Of a stretch of DNA of 24,000 nucleotides, positions 21,247 to 24,000 are shown in pieces; position 1 is the first letter of the stretch, and every line of letters starts with the position of its first letter. Below the pieces are notes generated by a model. That model had not been told where the DNA came from. It worked only from the letters and a program-made list of their open reading frames with translations, and made no database searches. Location: the NCBI RefSeq assembly GCF_017811815.1, contig NZ_JADKZI010000003.1:319549-343548 (forward strand), read 5' to 3'. The position numbers and the translations under genes are program-made. The DNA comes from Flavonifractor sp. AGMB03687. GTDB lineage: Bacteria; Bacillota; Clostridia; Oscillospirales; Oscillospiraceae.

Positions 21247-22708
21247 CTGGGCGTCCATGGATGAGCAGGAATTTGAAGCCCTGCTGGAAGGCAGCGTCAC
21301 CCAGCCCCCGCCGGAACATGTGGTGGCGGAGGTCACCCCCTGGCGGCTGGCCACCAGGCGCATCCTCACCGGCATCGGCCTCACCTCCATTACCCTGAAT
21401 TTCTTTTGGCTCAACTACCTCCTCCCCGCCATCGGCATGACGCTGATGCTGCTGGGCTTCCGGGCCCTGCGGCGGGAAAACCGGTGGCTGTCCCTCTGCT
21501 TTGGGCTGGCGGTGCTGCGCGCCATCTATCTGTATGCCACACTGATCCTCAACAGCACCATCTGGTTCAGCATGGCATCTTCTTCCCCCGTAGTCCATGG
21601 ATTGACCGTGCTCAATCTGGCCCTTACGTACATGCAGCTTCTCTGCCTGTGGGGCGGGTTCCGGACCGTCCAGCAAAAGGCAGGGCTGCCGCCCCACGCC
21701 GGTTCTGCTGTGGCTCTGCTGGTCTGGTATGGAATCATCGGCCTGCTGGCGGCATTACAATACAACGGGCTGATTCTGCCCCTTGCCCTTCTGATCAGCT
21801 ACATCTGCATCCTTCGCAGCCTGTGGAAGCTGTCCAAGCAGCTGGACCAGGCGGGCTACGCCGTCCGCCCCGCGCCGGTTCGCATTGAGGACGGCATTGT
21901 GGCCGTGGCTATCACCATTCTGCTGGTGGTGGGCTGCCTTTTGGGCTGGCTGCTGGGGTGCAAGTATCCCATGAACTGGCAGGCGGCAGACCCTGCCGAG
22001 CACAGCGGCGTGGAGGAGATCGAGGCGCAGCTGCTGGAGCTGGGCTTCCCCGACTATGTGCTCCAAGATCTGACCGCCGAGGATATCGCCGCCTGTGACG
22101 GAGCCCTGCGGGTGGTGGCAGAAACAAGGGAAGAACCCATGAACGGCAATGACCTGGAAGCCCCGCATGTCACCAGCGTGGCTGTAAAACTGCCCGGCGA
22201 GCAAGAGCGATGGATGATGATCCATCACTTTTCCTGGGCAGAATACCCCGGCTTCTACGGCACTGAGTCCATTCAGATCTGGCCGGCTTATCAGGATTTC
22301 GAGGTCTGGCGGCCCAGTGGTGAGGCGACCGGCCGGGTACTGTATGACAAGAACGGGCAGACCTATACCGCACCTTACTACTTTCTGGGCGACCAAACCT
22401 TTACCTCAGACAGTATGTTTTGGGGAGAGCAGACCAGCACCGACCTCTTTGCCGCCTTCTCCATGCCCGGGACAGGGGAACATCATAGAGGGTACCTGGC
22501 TTATTCGATCCAGTCGGTTGGGGAGACTCGTCTCATCAGCAGCTGGTTCAACTACACCCACCAGCGCACTGGTCTTCAATACCCCGTTGTGACCGCCATG
22601 GAACATCGGATGAGTGGTATCTGGTACCACTCTGGCCCGTTCCAGCTCATGCAGTATTCCGCACAATTCCTCACTTCGGAACTGAATGAAGCGTCTCCGA
22701 CACCGTAG
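21233..22708 (+). CDS. Sigma-factor-associated multi-pass membrane protein with an uncharacterised C-terminal domain (anti-sigma role inferred from position only)
   Basis: ATG 21233 follows GGAGGTGAGGG and overlaps the sigma gene by 14 nt. It has a short N-terminal cytoplasmic segment, about 6 TM segments (residues about 40-240), then about 250 aa of soluble domain with no motif I recognise. No HxxxCxxC zinc anti-sigma motif is present. Confidence 0.75.
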   Translation: MREPDWASMDEQEFEALLEGSVTQPPPEHVVAEVTPWRLATRRILTGIGLTSITLNFFWLNYLLPAIGMTLMLLGFRALRRENRWLSLCFGLAVLRAIYLYATLILNSTIWFSMASSSPVVHGLTVLNLALTYMQLLCLWGGFRTVQQKAGLPPHAGSAVALLVWYGIIGLLAALQYNGLILPLALLISYICILRSLWKLSKQLDQAGYAVRPAPVRIEDGIVAVAITILLVVGCLLGWLLGCKYPMNWQAADPAEHSGVEEIEAQLLELGFPDYVLQDLTAEDIAACDGALRVVAETREEPMNGNDLEAPHVTSVAVKLPGEQERWMMIHHFSWAEYPGFYGTESIQIWPAYQDFEVWRPSGEATGRVLYDKNGQTYTAPYYFLGDQTFTSDSMFWGEQTSTDLFAAFSMPGTGEHHRGYLAYSIQSVGETRLISSWFNYTHQRTGLQYPVVTAMEHRMSGIWYHSGPFQLMQYSAQFLTSELNEASPTP

Positions 22709-22730
22709 GGGCCGATGCCCACATCGGCCC
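22709..22730 (+). terminator. GC-rich hairpin immediately after the membrane-protein stop (no T-run)
   Basis: GGGCCGATG ccca CATCGGCCC. Confidence 0.35.
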
Positions 22731-22743
22731 GTCAAACAAAGAA

Positions 22744-22780
22744 GCGCCCCCGCCCCATGCCCGGGCGCGTCTGTGTTTTG
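22744..22780. terminator. Weak bidirectional terminator candidate between convergent genes
   Basis: GCGCCC (22744-22749) / GGGCGC (22763-22768) stem with a 13-nt loop. GTCTGTGTTTTGTT follows on the + strand and TTCTTTGTTT on the minus strand. Confidence 0.35.
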
Positions 22781-24000
22781 TTATTCTGCCGCTTCCGGCA
22801 TCCCCGAGGCGGCGGCGGTGGGGTTAGCCGGGGCAGCGGGGGGTGCGGACACGTAGCGGACAAAGTGGAAGGTGAAAGAGCCTCTGCCCTGAGTCATGGA
22901 CCGCAGGTCAATAGCATAGCGGCTCATCTCCGCCATGGGCACCTCGGCCTCCACCACCTGGTTTCCGTCGCCGTCGGGATTCATACCCATGACGCGGCCC
23001 CGGCGCTTGTTCAGGTCGCCGATAACGTCGCCCATGTAGCTGTCGGGGATGGTGACCTTCAGCTCGCCGATGGGCTCCAGCAGTACGGGGCTGGCCTGGG
23101 GCATACCGGCCTTGTAGGCCAGCTGCACAGCGGTCTTAAAGGCCATTTCGGAGGAGTCAACGGGGTGATAGGAGCCGTCGAACAGGGTGGCCTTCAGGTA
23201 CACCACGGGATAGCCCGCCAGCACGCCATGGACCACGGCCTCACGCATGCCCTTCTCAACGGCGGGGAAGTAGTTCTTGGGCACAGCGCCGCCCACGACC
23301 TCCTCGCAGAACTGGAGCTCCTCAGTGTCGCCGGGCTCGAAGCGCATCCAAACGTCGCCGAACTGGCCGTGACCGCCGGTCTGCTTCTTGTGGCGGCCCT
23401 GGACCTCCACCTTCTTGCGGATCTTCTCACGGTAAGCCACGCGGGGCTCGGAGAGCTCGGCATCCACGCCGAAGCGGCTCTTCAGGCGGGAGACGATGAC
23501 GTCCATCTGCATATCGCCGGTACCGGAAACCACCATCTGGTGGGTCTCGGCGTTGTTCACCCAGTTGAAGGTGAGATCCTCTTCGTTCAGGCGGGTAAGA
23601 CCGGCAGCAATCTTGTCCTCCTGGCCCTTGGTCTTGGGGCTGATGGCCACGGAATAGCAGGGCTCGGGGAAGGGGATGGGCTCGATCTTGACCACCTTAC
23701 GGGGATCAGACAGCGTATCGCCGGTCTTCACCTTGTCCATCTTGCCGATGGCGCCGATGTCGCCGCACTCCAGCTCCTTGACTTCCTCGGCCTTCTTGCC
23801 CTTCATGACATAGAGGCGGCCCAGCTTCTCGGTAGCGCCGGTGCGGGCGTTGACCACCTGCATATCAGGCTTCAGGTTACCGGAGAGCACCTTTACATAG
23901 GAATACTTGCCGTACTGGTCGGACACGGTCTTCCACACAAAGGCGCAGGGCAGAGCGCCGGGGAAGGCCACGAACTCGTCCAGCTCGCCCTTCTCGTTCT
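22781..24000 (-). CDS. Elongation factor G family GTPase paralog, C-terminal about 405 codons (gene continues past the right edge)
   Basis: EF-G domains II-V: GRLYVMKGKKAEEV, GDIGAIGKMDKVKTGDTL, RVAYREKIRKKVEVQGRHKKQTGGHGQFGDVWMRFEP, HPVDSSEMAFKTA, LLEPI...VTIPDSYMGDVIGDLNKRRGRV. The reading frame stays open beyond the track's 23971 start to the window edge. Confidence 0.9.
   Translation of the reverse strand, partial: NEKGELDEFVAFPGALPCAFVWKTVSDQYGKYSYVKVLSGNLKPDMQVVNARTGATEKLGRLYVMKGKKAEEVKELECGDIGAIGKMDKVKTGDTLSDPRKVVKIEPIPFPEPCYSVAISPKTKGQEDKIAAGLTRLNEEDLTFNWVNNAETHQMVVSGTGDMQMDVIVSRLKSRFGVDAELSEPRVAYREKIRKKVEVQGRHKKQTGGHGQFGDVWMRFEPGDTEELQFCEEVVGGAVPKNYFPAVEKGMREAVVHGVLAGYPVVYLKATLFDGSYHPVDSSEMAFKTAVQLAYKAGMPQASPVLLEPIGELKVTIPDSYMGDVIGDLNKRRGRVMGMNPDGDGNQVVEAEVPMAEMSRYAIDLRSMTQGRGSFTFHFVRYVSAPPAAPANPTAAASGMPEAAE

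Noticed and set aside
1-24000. Mobile elements, prophage genes, CRISPR arrays, tRNA/rRNA genes, toxin-antitoxin or known defence systems
   Set aside because: I found no transposase, integrase or recombinase-like ORF, no terminal inverted repeats bracketing a segment, no regularly spaced direct repeats, and no tRNA-like cloverleaf. Composition looks uniform across the window apart from short AT-rich promoter regions. The window therefore looks like core chromosome, not an island.

Overview
GC-rich (about 60% by eye) chromosomal segment with Firmicutes/Clostridia hallmarks: GGAGG-type Shine-Dalgarno sites, TTGACA-N17-TATAAT-type promoters, GC-rich hairpin plus T-run terminators, and BlaI/BlaR, UPF0371, DUF3842 and DUF3343 genes. 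I can support 25 protein-coding genes. I found no rRNA, tRNA, CRISPR array, transposase, integrase or phage gene. Most long ORFs in the track are GC-driven antisense shadows of real genes. From left to right the window holds: (1) housekeeping and transport genes: icd fragment, MATE exporter, YeiH-family membrane protein, asnA, atoE-type short-chain fatty acid transporter, DUF3842 gene plus a small 2-TM ORF. (2) A selenium-utilisation locus: LysR regulator divergent from selD, then yedE, yedF and a DUF3343 gene, with an orphan P-loop ATPase downstream of the regulator. selD is a selenoprotein gene; the ORF track splits it at an in-frame TGA at 8643-8645. (3) udk. (4) A sensory block on the minus strand: two tandem BlaI/BlaR1-like (M56) modules, each with a TTGACA-N17 promoter whose -10 is buried in a TACA/TGTA-type palindromic operator. 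One M56 protein has lost its HEXXH zinc site. Each module ends in an ATGA-coupled uncharacterised gene, one of them a 53-codon ORF absent from the ORF track. (5) A UPF0371/DUF1846 gene, a Met-rich lipoprotein, an ECF-type sigma factor with an overlapping multi-pass membrane partner, and a partial EF-G paralog. The best candidates for undescribed biology are the BlaI/BlaR-like cluster (non-PBP ectodomains, dead-protease paralog, coupled partner genes, and a membrane domain that may recur in the sigma-factor partner) and the P-loop ATPase attached to the selenium regulator. Neither resembles a known defence or mobile system, and all functional links are inference from sequence and gene order only.
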